A stretch of 64,000 bases of DNA from an uncultured Gammaproteobacteria bacterium (GCA_929200535.1 CAKMZV010000003.1:25171-89170); one strand, 5' to 3'. Positions 1 to 11,658 are shown, counted from the stretch's first letter. A program made the numbers and translations. Notes: generated from the sequence alone by a model not told the origin.

Positions 1-1
1 T

Positions 2-2146
2 GATGCTCCACAAACTGAAAAGAATGGCTTGTTTGTACGTGATAAAGAACAGCAACCACTGGTTTTCGATGGCAAAAAACAAGCCTTTGTTACTGTTGAG
101 GAAAGTGATAATCCAGCCCTTACTGGCACTTACGAGCTCGCTGATAAAACCAAAGCTACTCCAGTTTTTGAATTAATGGTAAAGCGTTATTTAGAGCCAC
201 AATATGCAGCCGAAAACACAGCCGAAAAAATTGGCATTGAAGCCACAACGATTAAACGCATTGCTGCTGAGCTTGCTCATGTCGCATTTGAAGAAGAAAT
301 TACCATCGAGCAAGAATGGGTTGATTGGCGTGGAAAAAAACACAGTACCATTACTGGGCGTCCAGTCAGCTTTCATGCGATGCGTGGTATTTCCGCCCAC
401 TCCAACGGTTTTCATACTTGCCGTGCTCTACATTTGTTACAGATGATTCTCGGTAGTGTTGATTGCCCCGGTGGATGGCGCTACAAAGCCCCCTACCCTA
501 AAGAAATTCCACCACCACCCAAACCAACAGCAGGCTCAGAAGAGGCAAACCAACCATTAAATGGAATGCCCATTGGTAATCCTCAATCTCCCGAAGATTT
601 AATTATTGAAGAAGATGGCACCCCAAAACGAATAGATAAAGCTTATAGCTGGGAATTTCCACTTTCCTCACACGGTTTATTGCATATGGTACTACACAAT
701 GCTTGGAAAGGTGACCCCTATCCAGTTGATGTGGTAATGATGTATATGGCAAATATGGCGTGGAATTCATCAATGAATGTCAAAGATACCTTACATTATC
801 TCACCGATAAGGACGAGCAAGGCAATTATAAAATCCCTAAATTTATTTATAGTGATGCCTATTATTCGGAAACCGTCCCTTATGCTGATCTTATTCTTCC
901 TGATACCACTTACTTGGAACGTTACGACTGTATTTCCCTATTAGATCGCCCTATTTCTAATGCCGAAGGTCCTGGCGATGCAATTCGAGTTCCTATCGAA
1001 GAGCCTGATCGTGATGTACGCCCTTTTCAGGAGGTACTGCTTGAACTTGGTGCTCGTCTAAAACTCCCCGGAATGGTTGATGATAGTGGCAAAGCACTCT
1101 TTAATGGTTATGATGATTATATTATCAATCACCAAAGAGCACCTGGAATTGGACCACTTGCTGGTTGGCGTCTTGATGACGAAGGTAATTTGACACATGG
1201 CAGAGGCAATCCTAATCCCAATCAAATTCAAGAGTACATTAAAAATGGGTGCTTTTGGTCTGAGGAAATCAGTTTAGATAAGCAATTTAATAAGTATGCT
1301 AATCAAGCCTATTTGGATTATGCTAAGCATATGGGATGGATTGGACAGAGCAAACCTATCGTAATGCAGATTTATAGCGAGGCAATGCAAAAATTTCGCT
1401 TGAGTGCTCAAGGATTAACGGAGCCTCAACCCCCACAAGAACATCGTGAACGAGTCGAAACCTATTTTGACCCACTACCCATTTGGTATGAGCCATTTGA
1501 ACATCAACTCATCGACAAAGAAGAATATCCTCTACAAGCCATCACCCAACGCCCAATGCATATGTATCATTCATGGGGCTCACAAAATGCTTGGCTGAGA
1601 CAAATCACTAATCGTAATTTTCTCTATATCCATTCAAAAGTCGCTAAAACATATCAGCTACAAGATGAAGATTGGATTTGGTTAATCAGCCATCACGGCA
1701 AAATTAAAGTCCCCATTAAAATTATGCTGGGTACTAATGAAGATACTGTATGGACATGGAATGCTATCGGTAAAAGACGTGGTGCTTGGGAACTCGATGA
1801 AAATTCACCCGAATTTAAACAAGGCTTTTTACTCAATCACTTAATTTCCGAACTATTACCTCACAAAGGCAATGGCTTTCATTATGCCAATTCCGATCCA
1901 GTTACCGGGCAAGCTGCTTGGTTTGACTTACGAGTTCGTATCGAAAAATGCACTGCCGAAGAACAACAAGAAAGCGATAAAAACGTGTTCCCACTCTTCC
2001 CTCCAATTACCAAAAAACACTTAGAAACCGATACCAAACGCCCACTTTCACAATTTGGCAAAACCCTAAAAGGCGAACCCGGCAACACTTCCCCAAAAGA
2101 AATCAAGGAATGGATTGGAATTAACGGGACTAAAAAATTAAAATGA
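2..2146 (+). CDS. soeA: Sulfite:quinone oxidoreductase molybdopterin subunit SoeA (5'-truncated by window edge)
   Basis: Frame is open from position 2. DMSO-reductase-family motifs GRPVSFHAMRGISAHSNG, ADLILPDTTYLER and ITQRPMHMYHSWG; followed by Fe-S and DmsC-like genes. Confidence 0.85.
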   Translation, partial: DAPQTEKNGLFVRDKEQQPLVFDGKKQAFVTVEESDNPALTGTYELADKTKATPVFELMVKRYLEPQYAAENTAEKIGIEATTIKRIAAELAHVAFEEEITIEQEWVDWRGKKHSTITGRPVSFHAMRGISAHSNGFHTCRALHLLQMILGSVDCPGGWRYKAPYPKEIPPPPKPTAGSEEANQPLNGMPIGNPQSPEDLIIEEDGTPKRIDKAYSWEFPLSSHGLLHMVLHNAWKGDPYPVDVVMMYMANMAWNSSMNVKDTLHYLTDKDEQGNYKIPKFIYSDAYYSETVPYADLILPDTTYLERYDCISLLDRPISNAEGPGDAIRVPIEEPDRDVRPFQEVLLELGARLKLPGMVDDSGKALFNGYDDYIINHQRAPGIGPLAGWRLDDEGNLTHGRGNPNPNQIQEYIKNGCFWSEEISLDKQFNKYANQAYLDYAKHMGWIGQSKPIVMQIYSEAMQKFRLSAQGLTEPQPPQEHRERVETYFDPLPIWYEPFEHQLIDKEEYPLQAITQRPMHMYHSWGSQNAWLRQITNRNFLYIHSKVAKTYQLQDEDWIWLISHHGKIKVPIKIMLGTNEDTVWTWNAIGKRRGAWELDENSPEFKQGFLLNHLISELLPHKGNGFHYANSDPVTGQAAWFDLRVRIEKCTAEEQQESDKNVFPLFPPITKKHLETDTKRPLSQFGKTLKGEPGNTSPKEIKEWIGINGTKKLK

Positions 2147-2898
2147 CCTCAATACCGAAGAAAACCGAAAAAAAATTAGGTCTGGTAATTGACCTCGATA
2201 CCTGTGTTGGCTGCCATGCTTGTGTGGTCAATTGCAAGGAATGGAACACCAGCGGACATATGGCTCCCTTGACCGATCTTAATCCACAACAAGAAGACCC
2301 TGATGGAGTATGGTTTAACCGTGTACATTCTTATGAAATTGAGCAAGAGATCAATAACGAAAAACATAGCCAAACCGTTCATTTCCCAAAATCGTGCTTG
2401 CATTGTGACAACCCACCTTGTGTAACCGTATGCCCCACAGGCGCTTCTTATAAACGAGAAGAGGATGGTATTGTATTGGTTAATATGGATACCTGCATCG
2501 GTTGCAAATTATGCTCTTGGGCATGTCCTTATGGTGCCAGAGAATTTGACCAAACCGAGGGAGTTATGAAAAAATGCACGCTCTGTATCGATCGCATTTA
2601 TAACCCTAATTTGCCTGAAAGTAGCAGAGTGCCTGCTTGTGTTTCCACTTGCCCTGCCGGAGCAAGAAGTTTTGGTGATTTTAGCGATGAAAATTCCGAA
2701 GTATCAAAATTAGTTAAAGAACGTGGGGGCTATGAGCTAATGCCTGAGCAAGATTGCCAACCAGTTAATCGCTATTTGCCACCTCGCCCCAAACAACACC
2801 AACAGGAACAAGATACAATGGTGCAACTACCGGAAGCTGAAAGCAATACTGAAAAATTACTTACTCGTTGGGCTCAGCAACTTTCTCAAAATTACTAA
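2143..2898 (+). CDS. soeB: 4Fe-4S dicluster subunit SoeB
   Basis: Four Cys clusters (CVGCHACVVNC, CLHCDNPPCVTVCP, CIGCKLCSWACP, CTLC..CVSTCP); ATGA overlap with soeA. Confidence 0.85.
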   Translation: MTSIPKKTEKKLGLVIDLDTCVGCHACVVNCKEWNTSGHMAPLTDLNPQQEDPDGVWFNRVHSYEIEQEINNEKHSQTVHFPKSCLHCDNPPCVTVCPTGASYKREEDGIVLVNMDTCIGCKLCSWACPYGAREFDQTEGVMKKCTLCIDRIYNPNLPESSRVPACVSTCPAGARSFGDFSDENSEVSKLVKERGGYELMPEQDCQPVNRYLPPRPKQHQQEQDTMVQLPEAESNTEKLLTRWAQQLSQNY

Positions 2899-2910
2899 TT
2901 TTTTAAACAA

Positions 2911-3849
2911 ATGCATCCAGCCGCATCCGTTATTCTTTTTACAACCAGTACTGGGTTTGGCTATGGTCTGCTCTGCTGGCTATCCATCACATTAAATTTG
3001 TCGGAAACTGGACAACTGCCAACGCCGTACATTCTTACCCTCATTACCATTGCTCTGCTACTTATCACCTTTGGTTTACTCGCATCCCTGTGGCATCTGG
3101 GACATCCAGAAAGAGCTTGGAGGGCTCTGAGCCAATGGCGTACCTCTTGGCTTTCTCGTGAAGGTGTGTTTGCCGTTTTGGTATATCCACCAGCACTATT
3201 GATGGGATTTGCCTCTTACCTGCAATGGACAGAATTTTTACCTCTTTTAAGTATTATGGTGGCAATTCTAAGCCTTATTACCATTTATTGCACCGCAATG
3301 ATTTATGCTTCACTTAAAACCATCCCTGCTTGGCATAACCTGTGGACAATCTCTGGTTACCTACTCTACAGCTTCTCCACTGGAGGCGTTCTCTGTTATT
3401 TTCTCGCTATGTTGCTATACCCAGAGAGCTTCCCATCGGGTTCTCCCCAGCTGTATTTACTCATAGGTTTTATACTGCTTGCATTATCCAATAAAATCAT
3501 CTATTGGAAATACATTCAACGAACCTCAAACTCTACAACCAAAGAAACGGCAATAGGTATAAAAGGAAATATTAGCCCCTTGGATCCACCACATTCATCG
3601 GCAAATTATTTAATGAAAGAAATGGGATTTCAAATCGCTCGCAAGCAGGCTCACATATTGACACCAATTGCGGTTTTAGCAACTTATATTATTCCATGCA
3701 TCTGCCTACTCATAGCTTCGTTCAGTTCTCTGCAAGTAATGATTATATTACTCAGTACTATTGCATTAGTTAGCTGTGTGATAGGAATTATTGCCGAACG
3801 TTATTTATTTTTTGCCGAAGCTAAGCACGTTGTAACACTATATTATTAA
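2911..3849 (+). CDS. soeC: DmsC/NrfD-type membrane anchor SoeC
   Basis: MHPAASVILFTT start, HLGHPERAWRALSQWRTSWLSREG, C-terminal ERYLFFAEAKH; multiple TM helices. Confidence 0.85.
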   Translation: MHPAASVILFTTSTGFGYGLLCWLSITLNLSETGQLPTPYILTLITIALLLITFGLLASLWHLGHPERAWRALSQWRTSWLSREGVFAVLVYPPALLMGFASYLQWTEFLPLLSIMVAILSLITIYCTAMIYASLKTIPAWHNLWTISGYLLYSFSTGGVLCYFLAMLLYPESFPSGSPQLYLLIGFILLALSNKIIYWKYIQRTSNSTTKETAIGIKGNISPLDPPHSSANYLMKEMGFQIARKQAHILTPIAVLATYIIPCICLLIASFSSLQVMIILLSTIALVSCVIGIIAERYLFFAEAKHVVTLYY

Positions 3850-3943
3850 ATTTCCTTTGGCAAAAGAGTAATCTCCAAGCTCATCGCTGGTGAGTTTAGC
3901 GATATATTTGGTTCTAATTCTAAAGATAATGCCGCTTAAGAAC

Positions 3944-4678
3944 TTATACAGACAAAGAATTTAGTAAAGTTTTTTTTGCTTTGGAATCGCTAATTAAGGT
4001 CGCTAAAGAAGCTGGCAAAATTAGTTGATGATTTTTCAAATAAGCACTTAATTGCTCATCTCCTTCAATAATTTGAATTATTTTTTGATATTGTTCATCG
4101 CCTTGTGGAAATATGAAGACCTGCTTTTTGTCTAATTGAGCTCTTTCGTTATCTAATATCTCATTCAGCACCTCTGGCAGTTCCCTATCCAAAAAAGAAA
4201 GATAGTTAAACGCATTAATATCACCACATAAATACAAACTTAAATCGGCAATTAGTTGTCTCCCCAAAAGCAGTTCACTAAATTGTTTTTGACGCCCCAA
4301 GACATAGATCACTTGTTGTGATTTTCTTTGTTTAAGCATTGTTAATGGGGCAGAGGCTACTTCTTCTCGCTCCTCATTATTTGTGCCTTGCTCTCCCAAA
4401 ATAGGGGTGGGGGGAGGCGGTTCTAATTTATTCAATGAATTTTTCTGAACTTCAACAGAGGTAGAACGATCTTGAATAGAAGAAGCTGTTATATCAACAT
4501 TTCTATCAGTTAAATTAGACTGATTAAGTTGTTTTGGATGCTTATCTAAGCTTTCTACTTTTTTCGTATCATACAAAACTTGTTCTTCTAAAATAGAAGT
4601 ATCTGGATAAAGGTACGATAAATCTACCCCCATCTGAGATAAACAATATTGCTGCCTGGAACTCCATTGTTTTTGCAT
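3944..4678 (-). CDS. Hypothetical protein
   Basis: 244-aa ORF directly downstream of leuA. N-terminal RQQYCLSQMG loosely resembles HolD/UDG-associated N-termini; Pro-rich linker. Confidence 0.55.
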   Translation of the reverse strand: MQKQWSSRQQYCLSQMGVDLSYLYPDTSILEEQVLYDTKKVESLDKHPKQLNQSNLTDRNVDITASSIQDRSTSVEVQKNSLNKLEPPPPTPILGEQGTNNEEREEVASAPLTMLKQRKSQQVIYVLGRQKQFSELLLGRQLIADLSLYLCGDINAFNYLSFLDRELPEVLNEILDNERAQLDKKQVFIFPQGDEQYQKIIQIIEGDEQLSAYLKNHQLILPASLATLISDSKAKKTLLNSLSV

Positions 4679-4695
4679 TAAAACCGCCCTAAACT

Positions 4696-6240
4696 TTATA
4701 CAGATTCTTTTTGAGGGTGCAACTTGCCAACATCGTTTATACGATTGAGGGCGTTAATATACGCCTTAGCTGAAGCGTTGATAATATCCGTGTCATAGGC
4801 TTGCCCATTCACCACAGCACCATTTGCCTCAATACGAATGCTAACCTCTCCTTGTGCATCGGTGCCATCGGTAACATTGGTTACAGAGTAGAGTAATAAT
4901 TTAACGCCGGATTGAATAATACTCTCAATCGCTTTAAATGTCGCATCCACAGCACCATCTCCAATTGCCTCACCTTGTTTTTCAATACCACCCACGCGAA
5001 CTATTGCCTGGGCTTGTGGTTTCTCATCGGTGCCAGTAACAACCTTAAGTGAAATCAATTGATAAAGATTTTGCTCGGTCATCTCAGTTGCTTCAACATG
5101 GCTGATTAATGCCTGTAAATCATCATCATAAATTTCATGTTTACGATCGGCTAAATCTTTAAAATTCTGGAAAATCGTTTGTAAGCGTTCATCACTCTCA
5201 ATCGCATAACCCAGTTGTTGCAAGCGATCCTTGAGAGCTGCTCTCCCCGAATGTTTACCCAGCACTAATCGATTCGATTGCCAGCCAACGTCTTCGGCAT
5301 TCATAATTTCATAAGTTTCCCGTGATTTCAAAACCCCTGCCTGATGAATGCCTGATTCGTGTGCAAAGGCATTAGCCCCCACAATCGCCTTGTTCGGTTG
5401 TACGGGGAAGCCCGTAATCCCAGCAACTAAACGACTCGTAGGTACTAATTGAGTAGCATCAATTTGCGTTTGTTTTTGAGTAAAATCCTGACGTGTGCGA
5501 ATTGCCATAACAACCTCTTCCAAAGCAGTATTTCCTGCCCGCTCACCGAGTCCATTGATCGTACATTCAATTTGCCTAGCTCCATTTTCTACCGCTGCCA
5601 TTGAATTAGCAACTGCCAAGCCAAGATCATTATGACAATGTGCCGAAAAAATCGCCTTATGACTATTAGGCACACGCTCTATAACTTGTTTAAAAATATT
5701 GCCAAATTCCTTAGGAAAAGTATAACCAACCGTATCAGGGATATTGATAGTGGTGGCACCTGCGGCAATGGTTTGTTCGATAATTCGACATAAAAAATCA
5801 ATGTCCGAACGTCCAGCATCTTCAGGGGAAAACTCAACATTATCGGTAAATTTACGGGCAAACTTAACCGCTTGAATCGCTTGCTCTAATACAGCCTCAG
5901 GCTCCATCCTTAACTTAAACTCCATATGAATTGGAGAGGTTGCAATAAAGGTATGTATTCTGGGCTGTGTGGCATTTTTCAACGCATCGGCGGAACGTTG
6001 AATATCTTGTTCATTAGCACGCGATAAACTACAAACCTGAGATTCTTTAACCGTATCGGCAACTGCTTTCACTGATTGAAAATCCCCTTCACTGGCAATG
6101 GCAAAACCTGCTTCAATAATATCCACTTGCATCTTTTCCAAAGCAGTGGCTATGCGAATTTTTTCATTTAAAGTCATTGAAGCACCTGGGCTTTGCTCTC
6201 CATCACGCAAAGTGGTATCAAATATATAAACTTTATCCAT
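4696..6240 (-). CDS. leuA: 2-isopropylmalate synthase
   Basis: [35 protein letters not shown]; C-terminal regulatory domain. Confidence 0.97.
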   Translation of the reverse strand: MDKVYIFDTTLRDGEQSPGASMTLNEKIRIATALEKMQVDIIEAGFAIASEGDFQSVKAVADTVKESQVCSLSRANEQDIQRSADALKNATQPRIHTFIATSPIHMEFKLRMEPEAVLEQAIQAVKFARKFTDNVEFSPEDAGRSDIDFLCRIIEQTIAAGATTINIPDTVGYTFPKEFGNIFKQVIERVPNSHKAIFSAHCHNDLGLAVANSMAAVENGARQIECTINGLGERAGNTALEEVVMAIRTRQDFTQKQTQIDATQLVPTSRLVAGITGFPVQPNKAIVGANAFAHESGIHQAGVLKSRETYEIMNAEDVGWQSNRLVLGKHSGRAALKDRLQQLGYAIESDERLQTIFQNFKDLADRKHEIYDDDLQALISHVEATEMTEQNLYQLISLKVVTGTDEKPQAQAIVRVGGIEKQGEAIGDGAVDATFKAIESIIQSGVKLLLYSVTNVTDGTDAQGEVSIRIEANGAVVNGQAYDTDIINASAKAYINALNRINDVGKLHPQKESV

Positions 6241-6336
6241 TTTGATAATTAGTATAATAAAAATTAAATTTGGAAAAAATTATAATCAAAATTAAATTTT
6301 TCCAGAAAGATGATAAATCTAAGGCTTGACCTTAAT

Positions 6337-7101
6337 TTATTCTACGTATTGCTTGTGATTATTACTATTTTTGAGTTTTCTTTCTATGCGTCGCTGACGA
6401 CGCAAAAATAGTGTATAGATAATGCCAAATAAAGCATAACCAATAGAACCTATTGTGAGTATTAATGCAGGCTGACTAACAATGACTACAAAGATAAGCA
6501 AGAGTGCAAGCAGACCCACAAATGGAATTTTTTCCCTGCCAAGATGCTTAATGCCTGGATAACGAATATTGCTCACCATTAACAAGGCAATCATAACACT
6601 AGTAATTAAAAGAACCCAGCTCATATAGGACTGGTGTAGGGAGTATGTTTCAGCAAGCCATACTAAACTAAATACAGCCATTGCACCTGCAGGACTAGGA
6701 AGCCCTTGAAAATACATTTTCTTTTCTTTATCGGCTATTTGTGTATTAAAACGCGATAAACGCAGAGCAGTCATTGCGGTGAAAATAAAAAATACCATTG
6801 AGGCGTCTTTGCCAAGTGCTTCATAGCTCCAACTCCATGCAAGAAAAGCTGGAGCAACGCCGAAAGAAACCATATCACTCAGACTATCTAACTGTGCCCC
6901 AAATTCAGAGGTGCTATTAGTCAGTTTGGCAACAAAACCATCTAATACATCAAATACCCCAGCAGCAATAAGAAACAAGCAGGCATCAATATATTTTCCC
7001 TGAGTGCTTAGAACAACAGCGTACATCCCACACGCCAAAGCGGTGAGAGTAAATAGGTTTGGTAACCAATAAATGCCTATGCGTCTTTTACGAGATTTCA
7101 T
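6337..7101 (-). CDS. pssA: CDP-diacylglycerol--serine O-phosphatidyltransferase
   Basis: LPNLFT, DVLDGFVAK..FGAQLDSLSDMVSFGVAP, FQGLPSP. Confidence 0.93.
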   Translation of the reverse strand: MKSRKRRIGIYWLPNLFTLTALACGMYAVVLSTQGKYIDACLFLIAAGVFDVLDGFVAKLTNSTSEFGAQLDSLSDMVSFGVAPAFLAWSWSYEALGKDASMVFFIFTAMTALRLSRFNTQIADKEKKMYFQGLPSPAGAMAVFSLVWLAETYSLHQSYMSWVLLITSVMIALLMVSNIRYPGIKHLGREKIPFVGLLALLLIFVVIVSQPALILTIGSIGYALFGIIYTLFLRRQRRIERKLKNSNNHKQYVE

Positions 7102-7225
7102 TAAGCGTACAATCTAAAAACAAAAATGAAAAAATTACCAATAAATGTATAGTTCACACCTATCGATTCTACTCAACGTGAGCATTAATGTAAAGCAAAA
7201 GTATTGCTAATAGGAGCATTAATTT

Positions 7226-8416
7226 TTAATCCCAAACAAGAGCCCCACTTGATTGATAGTCCGTAACACGATTCTCGAAAAAATTAGCTTCTTTGTTTAT
7301 AAACATCATTTCAGACATCCAAGACATTGTATTTACTGCATTTGGAAATTGAATAGGCATACCTAACATAATACAACGCTCGTTGGCAACATGTTGTAAA
7401 TAACCGACAATCATTGATTCATTTAAACCAATTAAACCATTGGGTACAGTGTCCCTTGCATAGGCTGTTTCTAACTCAATTGCTTCATGCAACATACCAA
7501 GTAATGTGTTTTGTAGTTGCTCATTCCAAATAGCGGGGTTTTCATTTCGAATCTGATTTATGCAGTCAATACCAAAGCTAAAATGCACAGATTCATCACG
7601 CAAAATATAGCGATATTGTGTCGCAATACCATTTAATAAGTTACGTCTTCCCAAAGAAAGAATTTGTGCAAAGCCAGTATAAAACCATAAGGATTCCATA
7701 CAAACATACAGTGCAAACATATTACATATAAATTTGCGTTGATTTTCTAAGCTATTAACAGTGAAATCCCCATCCTCTAATTCTTTGGTGTGCTTTAATG
7801 CCCAAGCGGCTTTATCATGCACCGAGGGTACTTCCATATACATATTAAAAATTTCCCCTTGATCCAAGCTCAAACTTTCAACAATATATTGAAAGGTATG
7901 GGTGTGAATTGCTTCCTCAAAAGCTTGCCTCAATAAATACTGGCGACACTCTGGATTGGAAATATGACGATATACAGAAAAAACAATATTATTGGCAACA
8001 AGAGATTCGCTACTTGAAAAAAAACCTAAGTTACGTTTGATCATACGACGCTCGTCATCAGTAAGCTGATTGTCCGCACGCCAAGTAGCTATGTCACTGT
8101 GCATAGGTATTTCAGTCGGCATCCAATGATTATTACAACCAATAATATATTTATCCCAAGCCCATTTATATTTAATCGGAACTAATTGATTGACATCAGC
8201 ACGAGAATTTAACATTGATTTATCGGCTACTTGCACTCTTAACTTCTGACGACTCATTACATTATCTTTAGAATCAGAGGTTGTCGCTGATAGTTGCTCC
8301 GAAAAACTATCCGTTGTTACCGAGGATAAAATGTTCGTACCTGACTGCTCATTCGTAGCCCAAGCATTATCTAATAACTGCTCTAAAGGGTTGGGTGAAT
8401 TTTTTACCTCAGACAT
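7226..8416 (-). CDS. nrdB: Ribonucleotide reductase beta subunit with class Ic (Mn/Fe) signature
   Basis: Ferritin-like ligands EEAIH and RDESVH; FFSSSESLV (Glu as first ligand) and HTHTFQY (Phe at the radical-Tyr position). Confidence 0.92.
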   Translation of the reverse strand: MSEVKNSPNPLEQLLDNAWATNEQSGTNILSSVTTDSFSEQLSATTSDSKDNVMSRQKLRVQVADKSMLNSRADVNQLVPIKYKWAWDKYIIGCNNHWMPTEIPMHSDIATWRADNQLTDDERRMIKRNLGFFSSSESLVANNIVFSVYRHISNPECRQYLLRQAFEEAIHTHTFQYIVESLSLDQGEIFNMYMEVPSVHDKAAWALKHTKELEDGDFTVNSLENQRKFICNMFALYVCMESLWFYTGFAQILSLGRRNLLNGIATQYRYILRDESVHFSFGIDCINQIRNENPAIWNEQLQNTLLGMLHEAIELETAYARDTVPNGLIGLNESMIVGYLQHVANERCIMLGMPIQFPNAVNTMSWMSEMMFINKEANFFENRVTDYQSSGALVWD

Positions 8417-8506
8417 ATCTACAAACCTCTTGTTTTAGTTTATTTAAAATAATTTTAGAATTTTAGGAAATGATAGTATAACTCTTTGCTGTATTTTTAT
8501 ACCCAA

Positions 8507-11443
8507 TTACTGGCAAGCTTCACAATCTGGATCAAGTAGGCTACACACATTGGTTACCATTGAGCCATTTGCATTACCATTTGTCTCACTAGTACTACCA
8601 TTAAGACTGTTACTACCATTGAGATGCCCCTCGAGCTTAACTGCACTATTGCTATTACTGCTTCCTTTACCATCTACCGATGAAACATCTGAAGCGGCAA
8701 GAGAGCGAAGATAGTAGGTTGTTTTCAGTCCTTTTAGCCACGCCGTTTTGTATATGTTATCTAATTTTTTGCCATCTGGATTAGCAATGAAAATATTTAA
8801 AGATTGCGATTGATCTAACCATTTTTGACGGCGAGAAGCGGCTTCAATTAGCCATTCCGAAGAAATCTCAAATGCCGTTGAAAATAATGCTTTAATATGT
8901 TGCGGAACTCTATCAACAGACTGTACTGAACCTTTGTAATATTTAAGGTCATTAATCATCGCCTCATCCCAAAGATCTAACCGCTTTAATTCTTCAACTA
9001 AATAAGCGTTGATGGTAAGAAAGTCCCCCGAAAGGTTAGTTTTAGTATATAAATTTTGATAAGAAGGTTCAATGCCTGGAGAAACACCTACAATATTTGC
9101 AATAGTTGCTGTTGGTGCAATTGCCATTGTATTGGAGTTACGCATTCCCACAGTTTTTACTCGCTCACGCAAGTTACTCCAGTCTAAGCTTTGCTCTGTA
9201 TTCTGCTTCAATAAACCTGCTCTTTGTTGCTCTAATAATTTCACAGAATCAATTGGTAAAATACCTTGACTCCATAAAGAGCCTTTATAGGATTTATAGA
9301 CGCCTTTTTCTTCTGCCAAGTCAGTAGATGCTTTAATAACGAAGTAACTAATAGCCTCCATACTACGATCAGCAAATTCAACTGCTTTTTCACTCGCATA
9401 AGGAATGGATAGTTTATATAGTGCATCATGAAAACCCATTAAACCAAAGCCAATTGGACGGTGAAGATGGTTCGAATAAGCCGCTTTTTCTACACTGTAA
9501 TAGTTGTAGTCAATGACATTATCCAACATACGCATTCCAGTTGTTACAGTGCGTTCTAATTTTTCTAAATCTAACTTACCTTGTTCGTTGATATGTTTGA
9601 CTAAGTTAATGCTGCCTAAGTTACATACAGCTATCTCTTTATCATTCGTATTAAGAGTAATCTCAGTGCATAAATTAGACGAGTGTACGACCCCAACATG
9701 CTGCTGCGGTGAACGAATATTGCAAGGATCTTTAAAAGTAATCCAAGGATGTCCTGTTTCAAATAACATTCCCAACATTTTACGCCACAAATCAAGAGCC
9801 TTAACTGAACGACTTCTAATTTCTTTAGTCTCTGCTAATGCCTCATATTCAACGTAACGTTTTTCAAAATCTTCTCCATAAAGATCATGTAAATCTGGCA
9901 CTTCATCAGGGGAAAAAAGCGTCCAACTCTCCTCATTCACTACTCGCTTCATAAAGAGATCAGGTATCCAATTAGCCGTATTCATATCATGCGCCCTACG
10001 ACGCTCATCGCCTGTATTTTTACGCATTTCTAAGAAATCTTCAATATCCATATGCCATGTTTCTAAGTACGAGCATAAAGCACCTTTCCTCTTACCACCT
10101 TGGTTCACTGCAAGAGCAGTATCATTGGCAACTTTAAGAAAAGGAACTACACCTTGAGATTTCCCATTTGTTCCTTTAATATAGGAACCAAGTGCACGAA
10201 CCTGCGTCCAATCATTTCCCAATCCACCTGCAAATTTAGACAGTAGTGCATTGTCTTTTAAACTCTCATAAATGTTATCAAGATTATCTCCAATTGTTGT
10301 TAAATAACAAGAGGATAGTTGTGGTCTGAGAGTTCCTGAGTTAAACAAAGTAGGTGTTGAACTCATAAAATCAAAGGAAGATAAGGCATTATAAAATTCA
10401 ATCGCCCTTTGTGTTTTATCTTTTTCATTAATGGCTAAACCCATTGCAACCCGCATAAAAAATGCTTGTGGCATTTCAATGCGACGATCATTTTTATGCA
10501 GAAAATAACGATCATAAAGTGTTTGAAAGCCTAAAAAAGTAAATTGAAAATCTCTTTCTGCCTTAAGTGCCTGCCCTAAAGCTTGCAAATCAAAATCACT
10601 TTTTAGACGAGGATCTAATAATTCGTACTCAATTCCTTTATCAATGTAAACAGAAAAATAATCCGAATAAATATCTTTCATTTGCTCGGCACTTGTCCAT
10701 CCTTGTTGTTTTAAAACTTCACTCAATGCAGTGGAGCGTAAACTTCCCAAAAGCAGTCTTGCACAAACATAAGTATAGCTTGGCTCTTGCTCAACCAAAG
10801 GTCGTGTCGCCATTATCATTGTTGTCGTCAGCTCACCTACGGGAATATTGGGATAAATGTTTTTAATAGTTTCCTCAAGAATCCTCTCCTTATTTACAAA
10901 TTCAAGACCTGCACACGCTTCTTCAATAATGGCAGAAAGCTCCTTTACATCAATTTTTCTTGAGCTTCCATCTGGATGCAACACCATAAAATCTAATTTT
11001 TCTTGGTGCTCTAAAGGCGTTTGTTTTGAACTACGCTCCATAGCACGACGCTCACGATAAAGTACAAAGTTACGAGCCACTTCTCGCTCTTCACTACGCA
11101 TCAACGCAAGCTCTACTTGATCTTGAATATCTTCAATATGAATGGGGACTCCAGCAGCAACACGACGTGTCACTACCTCAGCAATTTCAAGCGTTAATTG
11201 GGAAATAAGTTTCTTAATCGATTGTGAGTGTGCCGCTGTTGCTTTAGTAGCTAAAAAAGCCTTATCAATAGCAATCGCTATTTTTTTAACATCAAAATCT
11301 GTGATATTGTTATTCCGACGTAACACCTTATGCCCTTGAAAAGGCTTTTCGTCCTCTAAAATATCTAACAATGAGACATTACTACCAATTGGTGATTGAA
11401 CATCTACTTTTTGCTCTTCAGAAGGAATTATTTGATAGCTCAT
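8507..11443 (-). CDS. nrdA: Ribonucleotide reductase alpha subunit with two ATP-cone-like domains
   Basis: SSTPTLFNSG, QLSSCYL, SSNLCTEI, IAPTATI, KTTYYLRS, C-terminal CSLLDPDCEACQ. Confidence 0.96.
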   Translation of the reverse strand: MSYQIIPSEEQKVDVQSPIGSNVSLLDILEDEKPFQGHKVLRRNNNITDFDVKKIAIAIDKAFLATKATAAHSQSIKKLISQLTLEIAEVVTRRVAAGVPIHIEDIQDQVELALMRSEEREVARNFVLYRERRAMERSSKQTPLEHQEKLDFMVLHPDGSSRKIDVKELSAIIEEACAGLEFVNKERILEETIKNIYPNIPVGELTTTMIMATRPLVEQEPSYTYVCARLLLGSLRSTALSEVLKQQGWTSAEQMKDIYSDYFSVYIDKGIEYELLDPRLKSDFDLQALGQALKAERDFQFTFLGFQTLYDRYFLHKNDRRIEMPQAFFMRVAMGLAINEKDKTQRAIEFYNALSSFDFMSSTPTLFNSGTLRPQLSSCYLTTIGDNLDNIYESLKDNALLSKFAGGLGNDWTQVRALGSYIKGTNGKSQGVVPFLKVANDTALAVNQGGKRKGALCSYLETWHMDIEDFLEMRKNTGDERRRAHDMNTANWIPDLFMKRVVNEESWTLFSPDEVPDLHDLYGEDFEKRYVEYEALAETKEIRSRSVKALDLWRKMLGMLFETGHPWITFKDPCNIRSPQQHVGVVHSSNLCTEITLNTNDKEIAVCNLGSINLVKHINEQGKLDLEKLERTVTTGMRMLDNVIDYNYYSVEKAAYSNHLHRPIGFGLMGFHDALYKLSIPYASEKAVEFADRSMEAISYFVIKASTDLAEEKGVYKSYKGSLWSQGILPIDSVKLLEQQRAGLLKQNTEQSLDWSNLRERVKTVGMRNSNTMAIAPTATIANIVGVSPGIEPSYQNLYTKTNLSGDFLTINAYLVEELKRLDLWDEAMINDLKYYKGSVQSVDRVPQHIKALFSTAFEISSEWLIEAASRRQKWLDQSQSLNIFIANPDGKKLDNIYKTAWLKGLKTTYYLRSLAASDVSSVDGKGSSNSNSAVKLEGHLNGSNSLNGSTSETNGNANGSMVTNVCSLLDPDCEACQ

Positions 11444-11537
11444 AATTTACGTAAAAAAAAACACTGTTATAAACAAAATTAAATAATAAGTTGCTTTACT
11501 TTAGACCAAATATAAGCACCTATAAAAAGGTCATTAA

Positions 11538-11569
11538 CGTGCATAAAATTGTGTATAAAATGTGAATAA
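11538..11569 (-). promoter_or_regulatory. Three tandem DnaA-box-like 9-mers in the nrdA leader
   Basis: Minus strand TTATTCACA (11561-11569), TTATACACA (11550-11558) and TTATGCACG (11538-11546) versus consensus TTWTNCACA; 11-12 bp spacing. Confidence 0.65.
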
Positions 11570-11605
11570 ACTACAACAAAGTAATGCAGGAAAAAAACAA
11601 CTCAG

Positions 11606-11653
11606 AATCTACATATTGTTGAAAACTTGAAAAGCAGGCACAACATATAGTAG
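11606..11653. promoter_or_regulatory. Tandem NrdR boxes
   Basis: aatCTACATATTGTtg (11606-11621) and gcaCAACATATAGTag (11638-11653), 32 bp apart, upstream of nrdA. Confidence 0.8.
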
Positions 11654-11658
11654 TTAAA

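Noticed and set aside
6241-6336. leu attenuator leader peptide
   Set aside because: Short AT-rich spacer with no Leu-rich leader ORF or terminator hairpin.
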